Shown: positions 50,836 through 62,891, counted from the stretch's first letter. The stretch is 64,000 nucleotides of DNA from Utricularia gibba (GCA_002189035.1 CM007989.1:5952001-6016000); one strand, 5' to 3'. Notes: generated by a model from the letters alone, not told the origin. Numbers and translations: made by a program.

Positions 50836-53692
50836 AAGAGGACAATAATGTGTTACCTCGATATAAAAATACTGCTTACAAGATGGATGCTTTATGTTGG
50901 ACACGATAAAACTTGTCATTGCTTTAGCAGCTAGTCAAGGTTGGAATTTACACCACTTAGATATAGAAAGCGCATTCCTAAATGGAGAACTCAAAGAAGA
51001 TGTATATGTGCAATGTCCTCCAGGATTTACTCTTAGAGAAGGCCCCGAAAAGGTTTTAAAATTGCACAAGGCGCGTTATGGACTGAAACAAGTGCCGAAG
51101 GAATGGTATAATACAATAAACAGTTTTTTTTCAGAATTAGGATACACTAGGAGCAAAAACGACACCACTCTCTATATTTTGGACAGCAATGCAGGAAGGA
51201 CTATAATAGTACTCTATGTCGACGACATCTTGCTTACAGATGATATCTGAGCAAAAGAAGAAGCTATCAGAAAAGTTTGAACTAACCGATCTTGGTTTGG
51301 CTCAGTACATCTTAGGATTGGAGATTATTTAGAATGATGAATATATTTTCTTGAGTCAGCACAAATACACAGAAGATCTTTTGAAACGATTTGGGATGAG
51401 TGAGTCCAAGGGTGCTGCCACACCTTTTACTCCCTACCTAAAGCAGCAAGTGAATCATGAGATGAAATCAGATGCATACTTATCCGAGAAAAACCAGCAA
51501 GTGACAGACAAAGCAGTAAGTGTACAGGAATATCAAAGAATAATCGGTGCTCTACTATATATCACTTCAACAAGGCCAGACATCACGTTTGCGGTAACAT
51601 TTCTCTCCAGATTTATGCATTCACCTAGCTTAACACATCTAAAAATCACCAAGAATATTCTAAGATATTTGAAATCAACAAAAACTATGGGCTTGTTCTT
51701 CAAAAAACATACTAACCTTTCACTTCAAGGTTTTGTAGACTCTGATTTTGCAGGGGATGAAACCGATCTAAAATCCACCACACGTTATCTCTTCACTTTA
51801 GGATCAGCTGCCTTTGCTTGGAACAGCAGAAAATAAGATTTAATAGCACAATCCTCTGCTGAAGCCGAATACATGGCAGGGGCTTCGGCAGCAAATCACG
51901 CACAATGGATTCTTAAACTATGTGACGATTTAAAGATCAAGATACAGAAGCCTCTTATTCTCAAGATTGACAACAAGTCAGTAATAAGCATCGCAAAGAA
52001 CCCAGTAATGTTTGACAAAACGAAACACATCAAGATCAAGTATCATATTCTTCGAGACTACATCAAGGAAGGGAGTATTAAACTGGAGTACTTACCTTAT
52101 GAACAGCAAGCAGCAGATATCTTGACGAAAACCCTGTTCCCCACACATTTTGCGCAAATCCGTTCGCTGCTAGGGTTGCGCCCAAATCCTATAGACTCTG
52201 CTACTTCTTCTCAGGTTCACCCTCAAGGAGGAATGAAGGACCGTGATGATGAATCTGAGAACAAACAGAAAAATTCTATTGAGAAGAATGAATCGTCAGT
52301 GAAAGCCGAACAACTCAGCGCATCGCAACGCAAGAAGAGAAAGGGAAAAGGAGTTCTCGAACTAGTTATCCTTGATCCATCCTCAGCAAAGTGGGCCAGT
52401 GGAGAAAAAGAAAATAACTCTCTGAGCCCAGGATCAAGGCTGCAATTGAAGGAGAGTCGATCCAAACAAATCGAATATATAGGATAATCTGAAGTAATGG
52501 CCACCAACCTCCAACGGCTAAGTCCCTAGAATGTAGCCAACGGGCGTCTCATAATTCTCCTATAAGTACCTGTAGTTTCTTTAAAGAATGAAGAGTTATA
52601 TTTTTCTCTTAGACACGAAGTCTCTCAAGTAGCTCTATATACCGTATACTCATGCTCATGCCCATATTCTCCAATACAATTACACTGCTTACATGATACA
52701 GCATGGACAACTTACAAGATGGATGCTTCAAGCGAGCATGCCAACGAATGGAAGCACCCAAAACCTCGAAATACGCTAGATGAGAGTGAGCAAGCTGCAC
52801 ACTAGCAACAAGGTAATCAAAAGAGCGTTTCCATTGTAACCGTTCACGAATCCGGGGGAACTGCTCCACCCTCCATCAATCTTCAATGAACCTTGAAAAA
52901 GGTGGCCGGAAAGCTAGCTACAAACCCTAACACCTACGCTTGTGCTCTTGGCCTCGTATGAGCTACCATAGCCACAAGGTACACATGCAATGATTCTACA
53001 ACAGCATCTTCCACAACTAATCTATCTACACTCGCTAATCAACAGATGGAGTATCACCACTCCGGCAGTCGTCGTCAGGTCTATTCGAATATTGGGCTAT
53101 GCCGGAAGCGGAGTAAGCATATTCACAATCGGTATGGGAGATGAGCCTGATGAAACTATTAGAAGCCATTGATGAGAAAATCATGTTCAACAGATGCAAT
53201 GTATAAATTGGGGAAGAACGAGTACAACGATCAACTGCAAGGAAGCATTAACATTCATATGAACGTTGGAGCACTACAGAAACATTATAAATAGATGTAG
53301 GAACACTTATATTCATTGGTTGATGTACCCCTAACTTTTATACATTTTTTATAATACCATATTACAACCATATGCACTTCATGCAATTTGATCCAAAAAC
53401 TCTTCTTGGTGAATCTGACTTGAAACTGAGTCTTCTCGCCTCCTTCATTCAAGTCCGATTTCCTCTGCTCATTACTTGAAGAATGGATTCCACTACTGGG
53501 AGTCTTCAAATCCCACCTTCCTTCGATGGGAAGGATCCAAAAGAGTTTTGAATCTAGAAAAAGAAGATGAAGAACTTTTTGATACACCAGGGCTTGTGGG
53601 ACAATCTCTCAGAAGCAGAACCCTGTGAACCAACAGCTCACATATCTTACAAGGCAAATGAAAGCAGAGTGTGTGCTACACTTGATACTGCT

Positions 53693-55390
53693 TGATAAAC
53701 GAAAAATTTATGCAATGTCATTAAAATTGTAAATTTCTCCTATCAAATAAAATTTATAAACCTAATTCACATCAAATTATATGAAAAATATGAGCATAGT
53801 AAACTAGGGTCGAACACAAGGAGCTAGGTACTTGCTATGTGAAAGTCAATGTATGAAATCAATATCACGTTGGGAGATTTGATCTTAACTAGGATTAAGG
53901 TAGAACTACGATGGAATACATCAAAGAAAAGAAACAAGATTTGAAACTCGGTTGTTTCTAAGATAAAATGGGTTATGCCTTGAGACTCGTAGGGAATGTA
54001 TGCTTATCACTAAGCACACTCACACAAACCATAAATCAAACACTTAACACACAAAGTCTAGGTCTACCCGAACTTTTGTTTTCTCCCTAATCTTTGATCT
54101 ATTTCTAATTAGGGTTGCTAAGATGTGGTGTAATCTATGTTTAATGAGATCAAATAATTGATTAGCACATTATACCCTTTGGCCCAAGGCACCCCTCTAA
54201 CCACTTAACCACTCATAACAAAGGAAAGGAATACATTTTCATAGCATATCCTAAGCAACATTTTGGTCTCAAAGTTAAACAACAACAAGCAGTGCATAAC
54301 AGAAATAGAAAAGACAAATGGTTCACGCAGTAAAACGAAAACTAATCTCAGCTAGGAACAGTGTTCATCAAGAACAAAAGAAAATCTTCAAAGAGAAACT
54401 GGGTCTTCTAGGTCATTGTCCCCTTCCTTCTTCCCCATAAAAATTTTCTAGAAAACTGTGTCGTGTATCTCCAATGGGGGAGATATCTTCTCTCTTCATC
54501 TTGTCCCCCTTTTTGTCCAAAATTCTACATTTTCATCTCCTTGGATTTTGTGCATACTCATTTTCATACTTTTCGCCTTATCGTTTGCCACTACACTGTG
54601 CATATCCGGTTCCTTGGGATTTGTGTTGCCGACATGTGCTACATTGCTCAAAGAAAACTATTAGAAGTAACGTAGATTTAGTCCTAACTAAGACTAAAAA
54701 AACACAACTACGGTACTATGCACAAAAATATAGAACTAAGCAGTAGAACTTAATTTTTGGAGCAAAATAGGAGCCATTTCCCTATACTCAATCAATGAAA
54801 AATATATGTTATCACATTATGCTACAATGACACTAGACTTGTCCTCAAGTCCCAACTAAGACTAAGAGAAGGTAAGAAATCGAGGGATTTCCAAACAGCC
54901 ATGCAGAGGCTTGACATTTAGGTGCAGAATGCAGAAATTGAAAGAGTGCCAGTGTGCAAGACGGATAATCACTCAAGCATACATATGAATTTCATCAAAA
55001 TAAGTGCCTTCAAAGATTAAATAAGCTAACATGACATAGTTTTACATTCAATGAGATACTAGTGGTCTCTTTTCATTTCTTCCTTTCTTCACTTTTTTTC
55101 ATTTTGTATAGAGATCAAGAGTACAGAAGGTTCCAAGCTCAACTCAAGCAATTTTCGCTCCCCTCCTTTATATATGGTTTGTGGGCTAAGCACTCCTCTC
55201 CTTATTCCTTCTGAGGGTTATCTACTCCTCTAAGTCATTCAAGTAACCTCCCTTCTCTCTTTATTCTGTTGTGTACACACGCTTTTTAATTGTGTGTTAC
55301 TTTTCAAGACATGGGGTCTCATCGTTTTTTTATAATGATGCTTCTTTGACCCCCTCTTTTTTTTTCATCTCTCTATAAGCCTTTCGACCA
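53693..55390 (-). mobile_element. Truncated Athila-like Gypsy fragment (3' UTR + ~1.1-kb LTR) nested in the Copia
   Basis: LTR-like block 53693-54814 bounded on the minus strand by TGATAAC...GTTTATCA, with GTTCGACCCT near its 3' end. Preceded by the Athila-type 3' motif CTTGAGGACAAG. Copia gag resumes only at the protease/GAG-pre region near 55480. Confidence 0.55.
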
Positions 55391-57256
55391 CTAGTATCCA
55401 TGAAAGAACAAATATGTCAATTTGCACACAAAAAATCTCGATTGCACAAATCAAAATCCATCACACAGTTACCTGAAACTAGAGACGTAGAAACAAAAAA
55501 CTATCATCATAGATGTGTTCTATGTACCAACGGTATCACACAACTTGCTTAGCCTAGGACAACTTGTAAGTAAAAATTTCAAAGTATTATTTGTCAATTA
55601 TTCCTACATTATTACAAATTCAACAGGTGCTGAAGTGATTGAGACATCCATGATGAACAAAGTATTTCTAGTAAACTTCATAAAAGATGCACGCCAAATG
55701 TATGATATATTTCTGTCCGCATGAAATGAGCAAAACATGATTCTTTGGCACAAGAGATTTGGCTATCATAATCAAACTTCACTAAAAAAAATTCAAAGGC
55801 ATGCTCTGGTCGAAGGAATGGATGAAATTTCACAAACCAATGGGTGTTGTGATATATGCCAATACAGTAAATAAAATCGTCTTTTGACGACAGCGCCTAG
55901 ACAGCTCACACTCCTCTCCAAATTATTCACTATGATGTTTACGGACCTATTCAGTCTGCTTTACAAGGAGGAAACAAATACTTTGTATTATTCATAGACG
56001 ATTACACTAAACATGGCTGGGTCTATTTTATGAAGACGAGAAGTGAGGTAATATCAAAGTTTAAAATATTCAAAGCCTTGGTGGAAAATCAGAGTGGCAA
56101 CAGAATCAAATTTCTACGGTCTGACAATGGAGAAGAATATGTTCCACATGAATTGAAGGACATATGCAAGAGAGCAGAAATTGTGCAACAATTTACAACA
56201 CGCTATACGCCGTAGCAGAATGGAACATGTGAGCGTAGAAATAGAACTGTAATGGATATGGAAAGATGCTTACTATTTCAAGGAAAATTACCTGAAATAT
56301 TCTGGGGTGAGGCAGTCAACACGACAATTTATCTGCTAAATCGGATACCTACAAGAGTAACGGCAGCTTACAAACACTTCATGAATTATGGATTGGACTA
56401 GTACCTGTTGCTGATCATTTGCAAATATTTGGGTGTATTTGATTCTGACATATACCCAAACCTTTGAGGAAAAAAAATGGATAAGAAAAGTGAAATTGCA
56501 GTTTTCATTGGATACAATGAAACCACAACAGCTTATCGTATATGGGATCCAGAAAAGAAAATCATGGTATTAAACAGAGATGTTTTTTTAGAAGAACGTA
56601 CCTGGAACTGGAATATCTCTACTGCTGAAAATAGAGAAAGAGGAATTACGTATGATTTGTTTCCAAGAGGTATTTCAGTACCTTCAACCTATGAAGATGA
56701 ATGCCATATCAACAATGAAGCAGTCCTTGAAATAATAGAAGACATGAACTCAAAAGACTCTGAGATCAACACAAGCCAGTCTAGATATGAGGCCGATTTG
56801 GACATCACACAAAATCAAGAAAAATCTAAGTCTGCCAATGAGGATTCTCATGACTTCATACAAGAAATCAGTGAGGATTCAGTTACATCCAACGAGAATA
56901 ACAGTTTGAATACAAACCAAAAGTACTCGAGTAACAATCTTGATGAAAATATCATTGAACCTCAAGGAAATGTTATGCCTGAACCTTTGGGTGACCTCTT
57001 CCCCAAGGATATGACAGACTGTTGGGAAGAATTCTTAGTTACTAGATTTGATCCAGGGGAAGGGATTGCCAAACCTGAAACTGTACAACCTTCAAGACAA
57101 ATGGGAGCTGCAAATAGTGAGATCTTTCCAAACAAAATTACAAAGGCAACTGAGAGCGACAATGCATCTGAAAATTCACTAGAAATATATGACTCCGAAA
57201 TATTATTTAGGGACACCTATGATGATTCTTCTATGAGGGGATTCTGACACATAATG

Positions 57257-58760
57257 CGTTAGTGTATGTGTTCTAGAGACAATCAACTTATTGGCAAATC
57301 TTGTCTTATGATATTTACTTTGAATTGTGATCAAATTTATATCATTGATAAAATCCTCTACTTCATCTATGTGCTATAGAAATTATGATGAGATCATAAT
57401 GTGAGATTCTTCAAGCACTCATGATCAAGTTAAAAAACTCCCTAGCTAGAGTATTTTTGAAATGAGGATATCACAAATACGGATAAGCTGGCACACATTG
57501 AGTTCCCTAAACTGTTTAGGCAATGGTTCTCACAATTGATGTAATGAGATTATTAGAACCTATGTGTGGGCGTCGATTAGAGAATCGATTCACTGGATGA
57601 CTCATCTTCAAGATGCTACCATGGGAAGCTAACCAAGTGTCAGTAGCAAGATCTCGAATATGACAACCGTGCAATTAAGCTTAGACTTGAGGTCAACAAA
57701 GTTATCTTGATCTTAAGCTCACATTTTCGCTCATTACTAATGGGAGCCTAACCATGGCTTGCCTAGTATGGATAAGTAGGGATGTGACTCCTTAAGGTTG
57801 GAGATAGTTGATTGATCAATAAAGGATTCATCACTCATGTTAGCGATGAGATCATATCTCAAGTAATTGCATCAAAACCTAACAATAAGTCCTGGGCCCA
57901 GGGTAATGACACTTGAATTGTTTGAGTAGGTCATTGAGTGTTAGTGCTTAAATGCAATTATAAGTTCGATACATCAGAAAGACACACACCCATGTTCTAG
58001 TATCGAATGAGATATAAGTATGATGAAAGCTATTCACTACATGGTGGCTGGTCATGGAAAGGCTCAATCAGTTCATCTGATTATTCTTACATCTTGGGGA
58101 TCATGATATGTTGCTAGACATCACTCATGATCGATAATGATGGATTTGATTAATTAAGAGTTAATTAATAAATCCATTATTACGGCCTTGATTGAAGAAG
58201 CCTATAGGGTCACACACAATAGTAGAGTCACTCAACGATATAAAATAGAATGACACAATTACATGAGATGTAATTGGTAAAGTGGATAAATTAAATTGAG
58301 AGTTATTTTGAGATTAATATTGATTAAACTCAAAATAAAAGATCATATATAGATAAGATTTGGAACATATACATATCTCCACAAGATAAGATCTTTACGG
58401 AGATATGATTTGATATGTTACTATATATCTATCAAAAGGATTTAGATCTTGAGATCTGCTCCAAGGGTCTTCGTACTCTCAGAGAGAGTAATCCACAAGG
58501 GGGCGTTTTTCTCTACTAGCACCTGAGGAATTCGACCAGCATTCAAGAGCCTTGAGAAAGTTATCGACGGAGTGCTCCACGTGTGGATACCATAGAGGCC
58601 GTCTCCTATTGGCGGTTGGTGAACAACAGAGTCATCTGAAAGGTATTTCAGCATCCCTTAGTCTGATGTATACCGTATTCCAAGATCTGCGTTGGGGGTT
58701 TCTCAAAATTTTAAAATTCCGCTGCTTTTGAGACATACGATGTCTACGAGAAACCCAACA
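57257..58760 (+). mobile_element. Angela-like Copia solo LTR (1504 bp) nested in the integrase-RT linker
   Basis: CGTTAGTGTATGTGTTCTAGAG...AAACCCAACA. 5-bp TSD TAATG (57252-57256 / 58761-58765). The host element frame resumes after removal (HIMDFNQDKCLMAHSDPTS). Confidence 0.9.
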
Positions 58761-60611
58761 TAATGGACTTCAATCAAGACAAATGCTTAATGGCACATTC
58801 AGATCCTACAAGTGTTGCTGCTGCTCTAAAAATCCAAATTGAAAAAGGGCAATGGAACAAGAGTTGAACACTATCAATCAATACAATACCTGCATCGTGA
58901 ATTTGAGCTCACTGACCTAGGGATGGCGGCATACTTTCTTGGACTCTAAATTCAACAAAATGCTTCTGAAACCATTGTATCTCAACATAAGTATACTTTG
59001 GACTTGATTCAGAAATATGGAATGGGTACCTCCAAAGCTTCAGCCATCCCCATACTGCCTGAAAATCCAAACAGCTTCTATGAAACTGAGGAAGAAATCG
59101 ACAGTAAAATGTACAGAAGACTTATTGGTTCTCTTATGTATCTCATTGCGACTCATCCCAACATCACGTTTGTCGTTCACTTGTTGTCATAGTTTATGGT
59201 TAAACCTCATAAAGTGCATTTGGAAGCAAGAAAAAGAATTCTGAAATATCTTAATTGCACACATGATCTTGGATTGCATTACAAGACTAGAATTGCCCCT
59301 ACCTTCAAGTATACTCAGATAGCGATTTTGCAACTCACAAAATAGATAGGAAATCAATGTCAGGATACCTTTGTGTGCTTGCACGCAGCACTTTTGCATG
59401 GAGCGGTAGGAAGCAATCAATTGTTGCACAATCTACAGTAAGAGCTGAGTATATCGTAGCTGCCTCAACTTCTAATCATATTGCTTGGTTGAAGAAAATC
59501 TTTGATGACCTGCATCAGCCGCTGGAGAAACCTATTGTGCTGAAATTACATAGCAAATCAGCCATTATGATGGGAAATAATCCGGTATTTTTTGGAAGAT
59601 CAAAACACATAGACCTCAGATATCACGTGGTGAGAAACTATGTGAGAACAAGAATGGTCAAACTGAAATTTGTTCCATTTACACACCTACTTGCTGACAT
59701 CCTCACAAAGTTGCTACACCCGAAGACTTTCAATCATCTTAGAGACAAATTGGGTCTAGTGAAAGATGAAATTATAAGAGACAAGCATAATGCTAAGGGA
59801 TATACTGAGAGTGATCGACCTAACTTCGTGCAGAATAGCTTGCCTAACCAAGGCTCACATAAGGAAAATGGCAATAATCTTATCCCTCCAGAATTCAAAT
59901 ACAGTGGAAGAAATATGAACTGTTTGAAGGATGAAAAGTCTGCTGAAAGTGCAAGTGAGAATTGCATCGATGTAAGAATCAAAAACCTCACTCAAAGCCT
60001 TACCTCAGAGCTAAACCTGCAGAAGATAGACAGTGATGATTGGCTCAAAACCTACTGGATTTTCTCATCACGGGGGAATGATGAACCTATCAGAAGCCAT
60101 TGATGAGAAAATCATGTTCAACAGATGCAACACAGAAATTGAGGAAGAAGGAGTAGGGGTTGAGGATAGAATTGATGGGCCAAGAAATAAGATCAATGGG
60201 CCAGGAAATGAGACTCAACAAGATCCCTTAATTATGTAAGAGCATGACCTGACCTAAGACAAATGAGATATGAAGAGAAGTACAATGGTCACCTACAAGG
60301 AAACATTAATATTCATATGAACATTGGAGCACTACTGAAACATTATAAATAGATGTAGCAACACTCACATTCATTGGTTGATGTATCTCATACTTTCATA
60401 CGTTTTTTATAATACCATATTACAACCATATGCACTTCATGCAATTTGATCCAAAAACTCTTATGAGCCTTATTCTTCTAGAACAAAATATGTCATCTCA
60501 CTTTGGATTAGAAAAAATGCAGGTCTATTCATGGGGCTGCAGAGGAAAATTGTTGCTTGTGAGTTTCGATTAGCATTCTATGGGATGTCTCTTCGTTTCG
60601 TGATCGGGCCT

Positions 60612-60820
60612 CTACCGCCTGGACACGCCGACCCGATGCACTATCACCCATTAGCACATGGTTCCGATGGTCGTCGCCATGATCACGGTGGCCACAACCG
60701 CAACTGCATTTGAAAAATTCTGCTCATGTCTCCCGGTGTCCACATAGCATATCGACATGAAGGCCACCGACAAAGAGGCGCAGGCCAACTAGAGCAGCTT
60801 GTTGATCAAATTCAACAGAT
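60612..60820 (-). pseudogene. Isolated fragment of an ankyrin-repeat/PGG-domain (ITN1-like) gene
   Basis: Minus frame LINKLL*LACASLSVAFMSICYV...VAVVATVIMATTIGTMC*WVIVHR resembles the ITN1/At5g02620-type C-terminus INKLMWLACVLISVAF...TIMITTLGTMCYWII.H. Two stops. No ankyrin exons upstream in the window. Confidence 0.6.
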
Positions 60821-62891
60821 GCTAATTTCATTGAACATAAAGTTCTAACATAAAAAAAGTGTGATAATCCCATACTGAGGGATATTTGGCAAATTTAACC
60901 AAATTTTAGAAAAGTAAGCAACAAATTTGAGAGAAAACAAGATAGATAGATTGCACGCAACTTTTTCCCAAAAGCCCAGTGAGAATCGACGCTCCAATTG
61001 GCCAATTCGAAGATCTAGGTTTTTTGGGAGAAATTGTGAGAAGAAATGATGTTTTATTTTTCAGTTTTTTTAATTAAATAAAAATTATAAAGATAAGAGT
61101 AAAATTGTAAATACACTACGAGGTATCCGGGGTGCAAGCCTCCACACCTGAATCCCATACCTGAGGTATATTGAAGTCATTTTTTAAAAAACCCATGTGA
61201 TACACATCATTCGTACCAAACACCGGATTTGAAGTCCAATCCCTCCAAAATAATCCAAATCCCCCATACCAAACACACCCCTAGGTCTTCATTAGTGATT
61301 GAAAGTGAAAAAACATGGGATCCGATTGATGATCCAAAAAAAATAGAAGTCATTCACATACGAAAGGCTAGTTTGGAAAGATAGAATACATTGATTTTAT
61401 TTAGATAGTAAATACTTATATGTGTTTGGTAGTGAAGATTTATTTAAATCCTTATTTGATATAAATTTTTGATTTCCGTGGGTTTTACTGAAACCTATCA
61501 TATTGATGAGTTTGTTAATACAAAAACTTTAAATAATTGATTTGGATATTTTTAATATTTTTCATTCTTCTCTTAAAAGAATATAAGGAAAATTTAATAT
61601 TATTCTTATCTTAAGAAAATTTCAAATCCTGGTCTTAACAGTTATATTTTGTATTGAAATCCTCGTGGGTTGTGTAAAATAAATTAGCAGATAACTCTTG
61701 ATTTTAATATAAAATGTCAACATACCTTACTTTTAGTTAATATTAGAAAATACATGTACTTTCATAACTTATCAGTGATTTACACTATCTTTTTTATTTA
61801 ATTGTAATTTTTTATAGACATTATCAGAAAATCAATATTTATAGATTTTTCAGATAAAATTAACAAAATAATTCAATTAATATTTATAAAATACATAGAA
61901 CATTAAAAGTATAGAACAATTTTTAGAAATTTTTTATTCTCTCTAGTATTCCTTATTCTTTTTCTTTTCTTTTTGTTTTTTTTAAAAAAAAATATTTCAG
62001 ACAGTAAATGAATATTTCAGAATCAATTAGGAATAATATCATAACCCATTGTAATTTAACTAATATTGGCCAACCACTTATACCTTATTATTCCTAGTCT
62101 CCTTCTACTACTCTCAACAGATTCTTGAACTCATTTTTCTCAAGTAATTGAGGTCAATTTTAGACTCTCCTAAATGCTTTTAGAGTTTGATGCTAAATTA
62201 GACCACATAGATAAGGAAAACATTATATGAAATGATATTAAACACTAAATTAAATATTAAAAAATATAATAAAACAATCATACATGCAGAGACTTGTGTA
62301 AATAAAGCTTCAAAGAATTACTAGTTACAACTTACAAGTGCTTATGAAAACATGTTTGATTTTGGAATATGAAAAATAATAAAAATAAAAGGAAATTAAA
62401 AATCTAAAAAGCAGAATTCAAATCTATGACTTCTAGAATAATTTGAAGACTCTATACTTACTAAAAGTTTGATGCTTAGATCTTTTTTAGAGGGAAAGTA
62501 GTGGTAGACTTTGTTTGATAGACTTTTATCAAAAAATTTTTTACCTACATTCTATTAAAATCTTTTAAGTTCATTATTAAATATCTATCAAAGCCTGAAA
62601 TATTGGATCAAATCTTTTATTAGACCTTCTCTTGAACCTAATTTCTATCTCAAACTATCCCATTCAACTTGGGTTACTATTTTTCCTTAATTGAGATCCA
62701 AATCATCATGAAAAATTGTCAAAGATACTTTTCTTCAAAATGATTAAATTGGTTTAAAACATGTAAAAACTATTTAAAAACAAATAGGAAAATTTAAATA
62801 AAGACATATAAACATTGCAAAAAACTTATGAAAATTTAGATATATAAGAAGCAAAATGTCACTTATCAGATTTGTGCTATTCTATCAGTAA

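Larger units (their letters stand above)
46573..52693 (+). mobile_element. Ty1/Copia retrotransposon (Ivana-like gag) with tRNA-Trp PBS, inserted in the PIN5 loop
   Basis: LTRs 46573-47062 (490 bp) and 52234-52693 (460 bp), TG..CA, about 17 substitutions plus 18- and 12-bp indels. PBS 47063-47080. PPT AAGGAGGAA. gag PPSFDGKEYDIW, WFIDSACS, SDNCGP/DNGGEY, LYVDD, FVDSDFAG. Several stops and frameshifts. No TSD. Confidence 0.93.
53148..60464 (+). mobile_element. Second Ivana-like Copia with degenerate tRNA-Trp PBS, in PIN5 intron 2, heavily rearranged
   Basis: LTRs 53148-53407 (about 126 bp deleted) and 60079-60464. TSD GAGCC (53143-53147 / 60465-60469; 6-nt identity TGAGCC). PBS TGGTGAATCTGACTTGAA (53408-53425, 15/18 match to Trp). 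PPT CGGGGGAA. gag start, integrase (SDNGEEY) and RNase H are present; the RT core is deleted near 58898. Confidence 0.88.
45641..60611 (+). pseudogene. PIN5: PIN5-like (short-loop) auxin efflux carrier pseudogene fragmented by retrotransposons
   Basis: Pieces: 45641-45957 (MITGGELYKVISSMVPLYVAMALGY..QCDAINRFNCYF), 46394-46572 (TFSLSCFNNTLVVGVPLL), 52694-52978 (KLATNPNTYACALGLV), the canonical 86-nt PIN exon 53046-53131, and 60523-60611 (GLFMGLQRKIVAC..LRFVIGP). Contains nonsense codons (e.g. TGA 45731-45733) and a frameshift at ~46472. The last two exons were not found. Confidence 0.85.

Noticed and set aside
52223-52507. Antisense ORFs in both LTRs of Trp-Copia 1 as an env-like or extra gene
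   Set aside because: Short, low-complexity mirror of the purine-rich sense frame, with no Kozak context or domain evidence.
52990-53172. 60-aa ORF as an independent gene
   Set aside because: It is PIN5 intron 1 read-through plus the 86-nt exon 2.
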